64,000 nt of DNA from NCBI GenBank assembly GCA_037445065.1, contig JBBILD010000003.1, forward strand, positions 64,001-128,000. The letters run 5' to 3'. Origin of the DNA: Myxococcales bacterium. Its GTDB lineage: Bacteria > Desulfobacterota > Binatia > HRBIN30. Every line of letters begins with the position of its first letter. The stretch's first letter is position 1. Positions 46,090-56,181 of the stretch are shown in pieces. The notes beneath the pieces are model-generated. The model was not told the origin of the DNA. It searched no databases and saw only the letters and a list, made by a program, of their open reading frames with translations. Made by a program: the position numbers and the translations under genes.

Positions 46090-46305
46090 GCTGTTTCTCT
46101 CCTTGCCGTTGATCTGCACTCGCGCCGTGACGAAGCAGGGAGTGTATCCCATGACACGCCGGGTTTGGCAAGACCAATTCGCCACCCGTGCTCATTTTCG
46201 CCGCGCAAGGCGGAGCAGGCGGTCGATGCCGCCCGCCGCGCGGTGGTAGGGATCGCCTTCCGTGGTCTCGACACGGGGTAAGCCTGCGGGCATAAACACG
46301 CTGCC

Positions 46306-46959
46306 ATGGACAAGTTCCTATCGCTGACCTCGGAGCTGTACCGGTACCTAGTCGGGCACTGCTCGCCCAGGCCACCGGTGTTGGACGAGCTGGCGCGCGA
46401 AACGCAAGCCCTCGGTAGCATCAGCATCATGCAAATTGCTCCGGAGCAGGGCGCGCTGCTGACTTTGCTCGTGCGCGTGGCGAACGTGCGCAGCGCCGTC
46501 GAGGTGGGTACGTTCACCGGTTACAGCTCCCTTTGCATCGCGCTGGGGTTACCGCTGGAGGGCCGGTTGCTGTGCTGTGACGTGAATGCGGAGTGGACTA
46601 CGATTGCGCGTCGCTATTGGGAAAAAGCTGGAGTTGCGAATCGCATCGAGCTCCGTCTCGCTCCGGCGCTGGACACCCTTCGCACCCTACCAAAGAGTCC
46701 CTCGATCGATTTCTCGTTTATTGATGCGGATAAGGCCAATTACCGCGCGTACTACGAGGAACTCTTGCCCCGCACGCGGCAAAACGGGCTGATCGTGTTC
46801 GACAACGTGCTGTGGGGAGGTACCGTGGTCGACCCCGTACAGCGGGGCGAAGAAGTGGAGGCACTGCGCCAACTCAACGATTGGCTCGCGCAAGACCCGC
46901 GTGTCGAGGTGGTGATGCTGCCCATTGCGGACGGTCTTACACTGGCACGCAAAAAGTGA
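46306..46959 (+). CDS. Caffeoyl-CoA-type O-methyltransferase
   Basis: MQIAPEQG, EVGTFTGYS, FIDADKANY, DNVLWGG, PIADGLTL. Confidence 0.92.
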   Translation: MDKFLSLTSELYRYLVGHCSPRPPVLDELARETQALGSISIMQIAPEQGALLTLLVRVANVRSAVEVGTFTGYSSLCIALGLPLEGRLLCCDVNAEWTTIARRYWEKAGVANRIELRLAPALDTLRTLPKSPSIDFSFIDADKANYRAYYEELLPRTRQNGLIVFDNVLWGGTVVDPVQRGEEVEALRQLNDWLAQDPRVEVVMLPIADGLTLARKK

Positions 46960-47043
46960 CACCGCGAGTCTGTGGCCCGCGTCGAAGGGACTCGCACTTG
47001 AAAAGCCGTAGGGAGTCGTGTTCGTATCCGGGCGGAAGAGCAT

Positions 47044-47943
47044 ATGCGCAGCTTGGTGATTGGAGCATCGGGATTCGTGGGAGAAACGCTGTACCGCCAG
47101 GCCCTGCCGGAGGCTGTGGGTACGTACTGCTCCCATGCTGCTCCAAATCTGTGGCCGCTCGACATCCGCGACGCGCAGGCGGTGGCCCGGGTGCTGCGCG
47201 AGGCCGGTTGCGAAGTCGTTTTCCTCCCCGCCGCCCAGCCGCATGTGGACTGGTGCGAAGAGCACCCTCAGGAGTCGGCCGCCGTCAATGTCGAGGGAAC
47301 CCACACCGTGGCCCGGGTTGCTGCGGAACTGGGTATGCGCCTCGTGTTTTTTTCGACCGACTATGTCTTCGATGGTGCTGCAGGACCGTACCGGGAGGAC
47401 GCTGTGCCGAACCCGATCAACGAGTACGGTCGGCAGAAACGTGCGGCCGAAGAGGGTGTACTCGCGGCGAGCGAGGACCATTTGGTGGTGCGGGTGTGCG
47501 GGGTATACGGATACGAGGCGGCAGGAAAAAACTTTGTCATGAGCTTCGTGCGGCGTGCACGTGCTGGGGAACGTCTGCGGGTGCCATCGGATCAGTGGGG
47601 CAACCCCAGCTACGTTGAGGACGTGGCGGCGGCCGTGCGCGCACTCGCCGCTGCCGGTCAGCGCGGGGTGTGGCACGTGGCAGCTCGCGACTACCTGTCC
47701 CGCGCCGATTTCGCTCGTTGCATTTGTAGAGAGTTCGGGGTTCCCGAGGAGGCCTTCGAAGCGGTATCGAGCGAAGCGTTGCAGCAGCGCGCTCCGCGTC
47801 CCAAGCGTGCGGGGCTGGATGCCACGCGGCTCCGCAGGGAGCTGGGGGTGCGGCTGCGCGGCGTCGGGGAAGGTTTGAGGGAGGCACGCGAGCGCTGGGA
47901 GGCGGCAGAACTCTCGGCCGCGAGGGAGGCGCAGCCGGGATGA
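47044..47943 (+). CDS. dTDP-4-dehydrorhamnose reductase (RmlD)-like SDR
   Basis: GASGFVG, VDWCEEHP, STDYVFDG, PINEYGRQK, DQWGNPS, RAPRP. Confidence 0.88.
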   Translation: MRSLVIGASGFVGETLYRQALPEAVGTYCSHAAPNLWPLDIRDAQAVARVLREAGCEVVFLPAAQPHVDWCEEHPQESAAVNVEGTHTVARVAAELGMRLVFFSTDYVFDGAAGPYREDAVPNPINEYGRQKRAAEEGVLAASEDHLVVRVCGVYGYEAAGKNFVMSFVRRARAGERLRVPSDQWGNPSYVEDVAAAVRALAAAGQRGVWHVAARDYLSRADFARCICREFGVPEEAFEAVSSEALQQRAPRPKRAGLDATRLRRELGVRLRGVGEGLREARERWEAAELSAAREAQPG

Positions 47944-48389
47944 TTCGCGATGTACGTTTGATCGAACTCAAGGCACGGGTGGATGACCGGGGCTACTTGG
48001 TCAAGATGTTGCGCGCGGACGACCCGCACTTCGTCAAGTTCGGCGAAGTCTACATCGTCGGGGATTTTGCGCGCGGCACGGTACGTGCCTGGCACAAGCA
48101 CCGCGTACTGTGGGACTATTTCCACATCAGTGTGGGAGCTGCCAAGTTTGCCCTGCGTGACGACCGGCCTGACAGCCCCACGTACGGCGAACTAAACGAG
48201 TTTGTGTTGAGCGCTCGCAATCCGTCTACGTTGGTCGTGCCGCCGGGGGTGTTTCACGGTTGGGTGGCGTTAGAGGATGGAACCCAATTGGTCAGCGTGG
48301 CGAGTGAACTCTACGACCCGGAGCAGCCAGACGAAGAACGGGTCCCCTGGAACTCGTTCGGGTACGACTGGTCCGTGCGTTTCCGTTAG
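47940..48389 (+). CDS. dTDP-4-dehydrorhamnose 3,5-epimerase (RmlC)-like cupin
   Basis: DDRGYL, RAWHKH, DDRPDSPTYG, VPPGVFHG. Confidence 0.85.
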   Translation: MIRDVRLIELKARVDDRGYLVKMLRADDPHFVKFGEVYIVGDFARGTVRAWHKHRVLWDYFHISVGAAKFALRDDRPDSPTYGELNEFVLSARNPSTLVVPPGVFHGWVALEDGTQLVSVASELYDPEQPDEERVPWNSFGYDWSVRFR

Positions 48390-48400
48390 GAGCTTCGGTA

Positions 48401-49114
48401 GTGTCGGCAACGATCGTCATTCCCACGTATAACGAGCGCGAAAACGTGCAGCGCTTGGTACCAGCGTTGTTGAACGGGCGTGAGGGCGTCCGTGTGTTGG
48501 TGGTGGACGACAACTCGCCCGACGGCACGGCCGAGGTGGTGCGTACGCTGGGGCGTAACGAGCCACGTGTGCAGGTACTGGTGCGGCAGGAAAAAAACGG
48601 CATCGGTCCCGCTTACCTGGCTGGTTTTGAACACGCCTTGTCCACGGGTGCGCGCCTGATTGTGCAAATGGATGCCGATTTTTCGCACCCCGTCGAAATG
48701 GTTCCGGAGCTTCTCAGCGCGGCTGCCGATTACGATCTCGTGCTCGGATCTCGGTATACCAAGGGCATTACTGTCGTGAACTGGCCAATGAGCCGGCTTT
48801 TGCTCAGCTACTATGGCAACGCGTACGCCCGGTGGGTGACCGGCCTGCCGGTGGCGGATGTGACCGGCGGCTTCAAGTGCTGGCGGCGGGAGATTCTCGA
48901 GCGCATTCCCCTGCGCGAGGTACGCTCCAACGGCTATGCGTTCCAAATCGAGATGACCTTCCGCGCGTGGCGGCTCGGGGCACGCATTCGGGAAATCCCG
49001 ATTTTGTTTGCTGACCGCACCGTCGGCGATTCGAAAATGAACAAGCGCATCGCTCTCGAAGCGTTGTGGATCGTGTGGTGGCTGCGCTGGCAACAACTGC
49101 GGGGCAAGGTGTGA
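48401..49114 (+). CDS. Polyprenol-phosphate-mannose synthase-like GT2
   Basis: IPTYNEREN, VDDNSPDGT, QMDADFSH, GSRY, GYAFQIE, FADRTVGDSKM. Confidence 0.92.
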   Translation: MSATIVIPTYNERENVQRLVPALLNGREGVRVLVVDDNSPDGTAEVVRTLGRNEPRVQVLVRQEKNGIGPAYLAGFEHALSTGARLIVQMDADFSHPVEMVPELLSAAADYDLVLGSRYTKGITVVNWPMSRLLLSYYGNAYARWVTGLPVADVTGGFKCWRREILERIPLREVRSNGYAFQIEMTFRAWRLGARIREIPILFADRTVGDSKMNKRIALEALWIVWWLRWQQLRGKV

Positions 49115-49127
49115 GTCGCACCGGGCC

Positions 49128-50246
49128 ATGGGTCGCAAACTGCTCATCCTGAACGAGCGGGATCTCAAGCACCCGTGGGCTGGAGGCGCCGAACTCCACA
49201 TCCACGAAATGGCCCGCTGGTTTGTGGCGCAGGGCTACCGGCCCGTGTTGTTGTGCACCCGCCACGCTCGGGGCGCCGCGGAAGAAGTCACCGAGCACGG
49301 GCTCCGCATCCGCCGTTTTGGCAACCGGCTTACCTACTACCTGCAATTGCCGCAGATGGTCCGCGAGGAGGCTCGGGAACCAGGTACCGTGATCCTCGAG
49401 CACTTGAACAAGATCCCTTTTTGTACCCCGCTTTACAGCAGGGCGCCGGTGGTGTTGGTCACGCATCACTTGTTCGGTGCCACCGCGTTTGCGCAGGCTG
49501 CCTTTCCGGTGGCAGCAGCCGTGTTTTTGGCCGAGCGCCTCATTCCTCATGTATACCGGGGCCGCCCCTTCATCGCAGTTTCGCCGAGTACCCGTGACGA
49601 CCTGATCGCCCGCGGTATCCCTGCGGAGTCGATCTCGGTGATTCCGAACGGACTGAATCACGATCTCTATTATGCGGGCGGAAGGAGCCCAGCCGAGTGC
49701 CCCACGATTTTGGTGCTGGGGCGGGTGGAATTTTACAAGCGGATCGACCTCGTGCTGCACGCACTGGTGCGGGTCCATCGCGCCTTACCTTCGGCTCGCG
49801 TGCTTGTGGTGGGGGACGGACGGGCACGCGAGCGCCTGGAGAAGCTCAGCCAGCGCCTCGGTCTCGAACCGTACGTGCGCTTTACGGGCTTTGTGCCCGA
49901 TCGGGAGAAGGTGGAACTCATCCGCAGCGCGCATGTGGTAGCCAACACGTCGGAGAAGGAGGGCTGGGGCTTGACGGTTCTCGAGGCGAACGCCTGTGGC
50001 GTGCCCGCGGTGGCCAGCGACGTCCCGGGCCTGCGCGACGCTGTGCGTCACGAGGAGACGGGTTTGCTCGTCCCGCATGGGGACGTGGATCGTCTGGCCG
50101 AGGCGCTCCTGCGAGTCTTACAGGACTACCCCCTACGCGAACGGCTGAGCCGCGCCGCCGTTACCTGGGCGCAGAGCTTTTCCTGGGAGAGCGCCGCGCG
50201 GCAAACGCTCGCGCTGGTGGAGGCCGTTGCGGCACGGCGAGGCTGA
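49128..50246 (+). CDS. Glycosyltransferase family 4
   Basis: HPWAGGAE, IPNG, LGRVEFYKR, SEKEGWGLTVLEANACG. Confidence 0.92.
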   Translation: MGRKLLILNERDLKHPWAGGAELHIHEMARWFVAQGYRPVLLCTRHARGAAEEVTEHGLRIRRFGNRLTYYLQLPQMVREEAREPGTVILEHLNKIPFCTPLYSRAPVVLVTHHLFGATAFAQAAFPVAAAVFLAERLIPHVYRGRPFIAVSPSTRDDLIARGIPAESISVIPNGLNHDLYYAGGRSPAECPTILVLGRVEFYKRIDLVLHALVRVHRALPSARVLVVGDGRARERLEKLSQRLGLEPYVRFTGFVPDREKVELIRSAHVVANTSEKEGWGLTVLEANACGVPAVASDVPGLRDAVRHEETGLLVPHGDVDRLAEALLRVLQDYPLRERLSRAAVTWAQSFSWESAARQTLALVEAVAARRG

Positions 50247-50259
50247 GGCGCAGCCACCG

Positions 50260-53064
50260 GTGAGCTGGCGCCCACAGTCACTTCCGCTACCACCCGCCCC
50301 CCCGGTGTGGAGCATTGTTCTGTTGGGGGTTTTGGCCGCGGCTTTTTTTGGCTCGCTCGCTTGGTACGGGCTGAACATCGCAGAAGAAGGTGCCACTGTG
50401 CACCTGTTTTTTCGCGTGGCCCAGGGGGAGCGACCCTATCTCGATTTCATCAGCGGTTACGCCCCCGCGTATTTTTACTTCCACGCCGCGCTGCTCCTCC
50501 TTTTCGGCGAATCCATCGTGCCTTTGCGCCTGGTGCTAGCGGCTGTGCACACAGCCAACGTTTTGTTGTTGTACCGTTTGGCTGGCAGCGTGCTGCCCGC
50601 ACGCTGGGCAGTGCTGCCAGCACTCGGGTACATGGCCTCGCTGCCCGTGGTGGAAAGCTCGGAATGCTCGTTTAACGTTCCCTACCCAGCCTGGTACGCG
50701 CTGCTGTTCTCGTTGCTGGGCGTTTTTGTTGTGCGCAGTGCCGCGCGTGGGGCGGCGCTCCGCTGGAGCATTGCCGCCGGTGCGCTCGCCGGTCTGGCGT
50801 TTTCGTTCAAGCCGAACAGTGGTCTCTTTCTGCTTGCGTTTTCGGTGTTGGCGCTGGCGCTGCTCGGCGGTCCTCCACCAGGCCGGGGTGCCGGGCGCGC
50901 CGCGGTGGTGGTCTCGGTGCTCGCTGGAGTTCTCGTCGTTTTGCGCCACCATTGGGCGGCACGAGAGATCGCGGTGTTTTTCTTGCCCTTGCTCCTCTCG
51001 ATCCTTGCGCTCGCGCGGGCGCAGGGTGCGCGGCTTGCTCAAGGAGAGGCCAACCCGTGGGCAGTCTTCGCCCCGTTGGGCGGTTTTCTGGTGATTACGG
51101 CACCATGGTTAATTTGGGCCTGGAGCCAACTGGGAAGCGCGCGCTTTCTGCACGACGTTCTGTTTGTGGGCACGGGTTACGAGCGGTTTTTCTTTGAGCG
51201 ATACCGGGCCTCGCTGCTCGACCTTGGGGCCGCCCTGCTGATGGGCGCCTTGCTGTGGTGGCTACCCACACGCGCGGCGGTGGCGCCGAAATGGCGTCCC
51301 CTGGGCTGGCTGCTGCTCGGCGGCGCAGTCGTTACTGGGTTGGAACTTGTGGGCAGGGCGACGATGCCCGAAGGGCCGCTGGTAGCACTCACTTCGGCCG
51401 CGCAGCGCGGTGCGTTTTTGCTCGTACCGGTAGCCCATACCCTGGCGGGGGTTTGGCTCTGGTTAGCGCGGCCAGCCGGAGACTATGTTTCGCTCGCCGT
51501 CTTGATCCTCGCTGCACAAGCCTACTGGCTGAATGCGTACCCGCGCAGCGATTACTTTCACGTTGCGTACGCTGCACCGCTGAGTTGGGTGTTGGTGGTG
51601 TGGTTGGGACGAGAAGTGGGCCGACGTTGGGCCGACGTGTTCTTTCCGCACTGGCAGCGAGCACTCGCAGCGACCTCGTGGCTGGCGACGGTGAGCTTGC
51701 TCGTGCTGCTCGCGTTGCCCCAAGTCCGGCTGGTGACGCGGGTGGTGGGGACCAGTCTCGGCTGGTCGAGCGGGTTGCAGTGGTTGCCGGTAGAGCGAGC
51801 TCAAATACTGGTACAGGAGGGGCCGGCCGGCACACGCCAGCGGACTCTGGCCGAAGTCGTGTGGTACTTGCGGGACCGAACCGAGCGAGGAGAGTGGTTA
51901 TTTACCTTTCCGGACTTGGAGCTGGTCACCTTCCTGTCAGGGCTCCGGTCGCCGGCTCGCATCGGTTATTTCAAAGCGGGCTGGCCAGCGCACGCGGTCG
52001 AGGCAGAGGTGGTGGATGCGCTCGAAGTTCGCGCCCCGCGCTGGGTCGTGAGCGAAGATCCGGCCTCGTTGTTTTTCTTTGACTCTCCTAGTTACTTCTT
52101 TCTGCTGAGCGACTGGGTGCGGAGGCACTACCGCGAGCATGCTCGCTTTGGGTCGTTCGTGCTGTTCGAGAGAGCCGAGGAGGGGAGTATACGAGCAGGC
52201 CCAGCCTCGGGGCCTGTTCCCCCGCCGCTGGCGACGCGCCTACCCGCGGTATGCGATCGGGACGCCTTGGCGGAGCTGCGCCAAACGCGGGATGCGGCGG
52301 CGGCGCTCGCGTGGGCGCAGGCGTGGGTGAGCGGCGGCCGCCGGAATTGGCAGGAGCCCTGCGCAAAGTTTGCCCTGCGGATCCTCGGGGAAGTGGGAGG
52401 TGGGCTGGTGGCCCGCCTCTTGTTCTCCGGCCCGCCCGCGGTTGGGAAACTCGAAGAAGAGTGGCGGGGTTCGCTGTGGAACTTGGCGGTGCGCGGCATC
52501 TTACGCCCCGCTCATTGGGGAGGGAACCATGCGTGGGCCGAGCAGCGGCAAGCGTGGCGGGAGTTGCGAGGTGACGAGCGCGAGCAATTGAGTTCGTGGC
52601 TAGAGTCGTGGCAGCCGCAGCAATACCGTTTGTTTGCAGCGTGGGCGTTGGCACGAAGCGGCCAGAGCGAGAGCTTGTCCTTACCAAAAGGGGAGGATGT
52701 CGCTGCGATTGTAGCGCGTGCCGTCATGATCACGGAACGACGCGGAGCCGCTGAGGCGTGGGTGGAAATCCTTCTGCACGAGCCTGCCCTACCAAACCTG
52801 ATCCCCGCTTTGTTCTTGCAGTGGGCCGAGCGAGATCGGGAGCAAGGTTGGGGCGTTGTGCGCCGCGTGTGGCCCGAAGCCAACGCCGAGGTACGCTCCA
52901 CCCTTGCGTACTTGACGGCAGTGCTGGCGGCCCCGGAGTCCTGCTCGTGGCTCGCTGAGCAGGAACGAAGCGAACCCGTGGCCGCAGTGCGCCGTGCACT
53001 CGGATGGTCACGGCGCCAACTCTCCCGGCGCGGGATCTGTACTCATCAGGCAGTTTCGGGATAA
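50260..53064 (+). CDS. Polytopic GT-C-type glycosyltransferase with helical C-terminal extension
   Basis: First loop NIAEEG..GERPYLDFISGYAP; FKPNSG; many TM helices; YPRSDYFH; soluble domain FTFP..HAVEAEV..PRWVV; start uncertain (50227 or 50260). Confidence 0.78.
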   Translation: MSWRPQSLPLPPAPPVWSIVLLGVLAAAFFGSLAWYGLNIAEEGATVHLFFRVAQGERPYLDFISGYAPAYFYFHAALLLLFGESIVPLRLVLAAVHTANVLLLYRLAGSVLPARWAVLPALGYMASLPVVESSECSFNVPYPAWYALLFSLLGVFVVRSAARGAALRWSIAAGALAGLAFSFKPNSGLFLLAFSVLALALLGGPPPGRGAGRAAVVVSVLAGVLVVLRHHWAAREIAVFFLPLLLSILALARAQGARLAQGEANPWAVFAPLGGFLVITAPWLIWAWSQLGSARFLHDVLFVGTGYERFFFERYRASLLDLGAALLMGALLWWLPTRAAVAPKWRPLGWLLLGGAVVTGLELVGRATMPEGPLVALTSAAQRGAFLLVPVAHTLAGVWLWLARPAGDYVSLAVLILAAQAYWLNAYPRSDYFHVAYAAPLSWVLVVWLGREVGRRWADVFFPHWQRALAATSWLATVSLLVLLALPQVRLVTRVVGTSLGWSSGLQWLPVERAQILVQEGPAGTRQRTLAEVVWYLRDRTERGEWLFTFPDLELVTFLSGLRSPARIGYFKAGWPAHAVEAEVVDALEVRAPRWVVSEDPASLFFFDSPSYFFLLSDWVRRHYREHARFGSFVLFERAEEGSIRAGPASGPVPPPLATRLPAVCDRDALAELRQTRDAAAALAWAQAWVSGGRRNWQEPCAKFALRILGEVGGGLVARLLFSGPPAVGKLEEEWRGSLWNLAVRGILRPAHWGGNHAWAEQRQAWRELRGDEREQLSSWLESWQPQQYRLFAAWALARSGQSESLSLPKGEDVAAIVARAVMITERRGAAEAWVEILLHEPALPNLIPALFLQWAERDREQGWGVVRRVWPEANAEVRSTLAYLTAVLAAPESCSWLAEQERSEPVAAVRRALGWSRRQLSRRGICTHQAVSG

Positions 53065-53074
53065 GAGCCCTTTA

Positions 53075-56000
53075 ATGTCGGATCGTGAGTGGAGGCGGGT
53101 GGACGCACTGCCGTTCGTGGCGTCGTGGGCGTACTTCCTGGCGCTGGCTCCCTACGGCCTCAATTTGGACGATGAGGGCACGCTGCTCTACCAGATTTAC
53201 CGAGCAGCGGTCGGACAGCTTCTCTATCGCGACTTTCACGCGGGCTACACGCCAGGGGTTTACTCGCTGAACGCGTTTCTGTGGAACAGCTTCGGCGTCA
53301 ACGTGCTCTACGTTCGCTGGCTGCTGTCCGTGGTCAACGCTGCTTCGGTGCAACTGATTTACTTGTTGGGGCGGCGTGCCGGTGCCGGGCGCATCCCCGC
53401 TGCGCTCGCAGCCGCCAGTTACGTTGCCTTGATTCCGTTCTACGACGGGAATTTTCTGTCCGCGAACATCCCATACCCCATTTGGTACGTGGTGTTTTTC
53501 TGGCTCAAAGGCCTGTTCGTGCTCACCCAGTGGTGGCGCAGCGGGCGCCCGTGGTGGGTCTTTGCTTTGGGAGTGCTGGGCGGCTTGGTGTTTTGGTTCA
53601 AACCCAACAGTGGTGTGCTCGCTTGTGGAGGCTTCTTGACGGCGCTGGTTTGTCTAACCCACTTGGCCGACAACGATGGGACGCAAGGGTGGGCAGAGCG
53701 CGCGGCCGCCTGGGTGCACAACTTGTTGCCATGGGTCTTTGTGCTGGGTGTGGTGTGGATGATCTCCAGCGCTGGCAGCTTGCGTGAACAGTTGGTGCTT
53801 GCGCTTCCCGTGGCAGCGTTCGTTGTGCTGGCTCGGCGCGGGGCGCCGGCACTTGACCAAAAACTGCCTGCGGCCCGGCTGTGGGCATTGGTGGGAAGCT
53901 TTGCTGGAGGCTTCTTGGTCGTGACCATGCCATGGACCCTGTACTACTGGAGCGTGCTCGGCACGCGCTGGTTCCTACGTGCTGTACTGTTCATCGGCAC
54001 GGACTTCGAGCGTTTTTACTACATTCCTTATCCGCACTTGAGTGACGCGGGGCTGGCCACCGGTGGGGCCATCGCGCTGCTCGCCGTCGTGGTTGCCGTT
54101 GTGCGCATCCGCCTGCTGCCCCGCTGGCTCGTTTGGGTCGGGGCGGTGGTGGCCTTGTGCGGGGCAGCGGTGTGGCTGTGGCGTAACCCGCCGCCCATGA
54201 TCGAGGGCTGGTCGGCTTCCGTGATCATGCGGGTACGTGACCTATCCTTTGCCTTGGCATTGTGGACCTTGTGGTCGGGCATCGGCCTGTGGTGGCTGCG
54301 GCAGCGGCGCCTGGAACGGGCGAGGAAACTGTGGCCGGGTGAGGGCGCGCTGCCGGTGCGCTTGCGGCGCGAGCAAGCAGTCCTGGTGATCCTGTTGCTG
54401 GGTGCCGTGGCGATGCACGTGCAACTCTACCCGCGCGCGGACTTCATGCACTTGGTTCCGGCTGCTCCCGGTTTGCTTGTGGTGGGCGCGTGGGTCCTTT
54501 CGCGGGGGACAGAGCGGGCGGCTGTGGTGCTGGTTGGCCTGCGCCGTTGGGGCCGCCGGCTGGCTGCGGCGAGTTTGTTGCCGGTTGTTGTGGTCGTGGC
54601 GAGTATGGTTGCGCCCGCGGTGCAGCGCGCTGCGTATTTACTGCGCGCGGAGTGGACCGGCGATCGCACTGCGTTAGTAGAGCTGGCGCACCCGCGTGCG
54701 CCACTGCTGATCGAGCCCGCCGCGGGGCGCCTGTTCCTCTCGTTGCGTGATACTGCGCGCTTTCTTGCTGAGCGGTCCTCTCCCGGGGAGTTCGTGTTCA
54801 CGTTCCCGGTGCTGGATGTACTCTTGCTTCTCAGCGATCGCCACAACCCAACGCGTCATGGGTACTTCTACCCGGGCTGGCCGGGCCACGCCGTAGAGGC
54901 GGAGGTGCTCGACGATTTGCGGACCCGCCCACCGCGCTGGATCGTGTTGTTGCACGAGCATCCGCTCTTTTTTGCCACTGCTCCCGTGTATTTCTTCAAC
55001 CTCCGCCGGTACGTGACCGAGGCTTATGCACTCGAGCGCCGCATCGGCATGTTCGAGCTGCTGCGTCGGGCCGATGCTCCAGGCCAGCCTTTTGCGGCGG
55101 AAGAGCCGGAGCCCATGGGTTCGCTGTGGCGGCGCGAACTCGCCAGCGGGCACGGAGCGACCCGGCGAACCTTGCTCCGTTTGCTGGAAAACGCCGACGC
55201 GGGCCCAGGCGGGAAGGAACGCCTTGCTGCGGCGCTTCTCGCTGCTGAAGAGGAGGTACGCTGCGAGTTCGTGCGGCTGGTGCGCAAGAGCCGCAGTCGC
55301 GAGGGTGCCGTTGTGCTGGCGCTTTTGCTGGAAGCCGAAGAGAACGGCAGCCGGTGTCAGCAGCTTGCCATTCGGGCCTTGTCGGAAAGCGCCCGGGAAG
55401 AATCGGTTCCGGCGTTGTTACGCGCCTATGAGAGCCGGCCCGAGCTGCGGCCTTGGGTTGCTGGCATCCTGTTCAATGTCGGTAGCAAGGTTGCGTTCGA
55501 GACGTACTGGTTCAGCAGCGACGAAGTGGAGCGCGAGCCGCGCTTTCGCATTGACTCCCGGACCCTGGCCGAATGGATGGACGACCCCTTCCAGTCCTAC
55601 GCCTTGCGCTCGTTTGCCATTCGCACGGCCGGACTGTTGCGAGATCCCGCGGGAATTCCCGTGCTGGTGCGCTTACTTGGCGACAGTGGTGATTGGCGCG
55701 ACTTAGCGGCGCAGGCAGCCGACTCGTTGGCTGCCCTGGGCTATGCCCGCTGGTATTTACCTGCAATTGTCTCGCTGATCCCGGTCGACCCGTTGTGGGT
55801 GCCTGCGGTGGTAGCCCAGCAGTGGAACCCCAAGGATTCGCTAGCGCGCGCCCGCCTCGAAGGTTTACTGGCGCTCGCCAGTGGCAGTCCGCGCCAAGTG
55901 GCGTTTTGGATCGCCGCTGGGGTCCGTGATCCCTCCTTCCAGCCCTGGCTCGAGGCTGGGGTAGCGGATGCGGATCGCGAGGTGCGCATCGCCTCGGCGT

Positions 56001-56125
56001 GGGGTCTCGGTGAGCTCGGGGAAAAGAGCGCGATCGAGGTATTGGAACGGGCGCTCGAGAACGAGCGCAACGACGAGGTGCGTCGCTTTCTTCTCGGCGC
56101 CATGCGCAAGCTCGGTGCCGGATGA
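53075..56125 (+). CDS. Polytopic GT-C-type glycosyltransferase fused to HEAT repeats
   Basis: NLDDEG..LYRDFHAGYTPG; FKPNSG; YPRADFMH; HAVEAEV; C-terminal DREVRIASAWGLGELG..AIEVLERALENERNDEVR HEAT motifs. Confidence 0.82.
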   Translation: MSDREWRRVDALPFVASWAYFLALAPYGLNLDDEGTLLYQIYRAAVGQLLYRDFHAGYTPGVYSLNAFLWNSFGVNVLYVRWLLSVVNAASVQLIYLLGRRAGAGRIPAALAAASYVALIPFYDGNFLSANIPYPIWYVVFFWLKGLFVLTQWWRSGRPWWVFALGVLGGLVFWFKPNSGVLACGGFLTALVCLTHLADNDGTQGWAERAAAWVHNLLPWVFVLGVVWMISSAGSLREQLVLALPVAAFVVLARRGAPALDQKLPAARLWALVGSFAGGFLVVTMPWTLYYWSVLGTRWFLRAVLFIGTDFERFYYIPYPHLSDAGLATGGAIALLAVVVAVVRIRLLPRWLVWVGAVVALCGAAVWLWRNPPPMIEGWSASVIMRVRDLSFALALWTLWSGIGLWWLRQRRLERARKLWPGEGALPVRLRREQAVLVILLLGAVAMHVQLYPRADFMHLVPAAPGLLVVGAWVLSRGTERAAVVLVGLRRWGRRLAAASLLPVVVVVASMVAPAVQRAAYLLRAEWTGDRTALVELAHPRAPLLIEPAAGRLFLSLRDTARFLAERSSPGEFVFTFPVLDVLLLLSDRHNPTRHGYFYPGWPGHAVEAEVLDDLRTRPPRWIVLLHEHPLFFATAPVYFFNLRRYVTEAYALERRIGMFELLRRADAPGQPFAAEEPEPMGSLWRRELASGHGATRRTLLRLLENADAGPGGKERLAAALLAAEEEVRCEFVRLVRKSRSREGAVVLALLLEAEENGSRCQQLAIRALSESAREESVPALLRAYESRPELRPWVAGILFNVGSKVAFETYWFSSDEVEREPRFRIDSRTLAEWMDDPFQSYALRSFAIRTAGLLRDPAGIPVLVRLLGDSGDWRDLAAQAADSLAALGYARWYLPAIVSLIPVDPLWVPAVVAQQWNPKDSLARARLEGLLALASGSPRQVAFWIAAGVRDPSFQPWLEAGVADADREVRIASAWGLGELGEKSAIEVLERALENERNDEVRRFLLGAMRKLGAG

Positions 56126-56181
56126 CACAAGTTGCACCACGAGTTTGACAATTCGTGCGAGTTCGACCAACTTGCGCCTCC

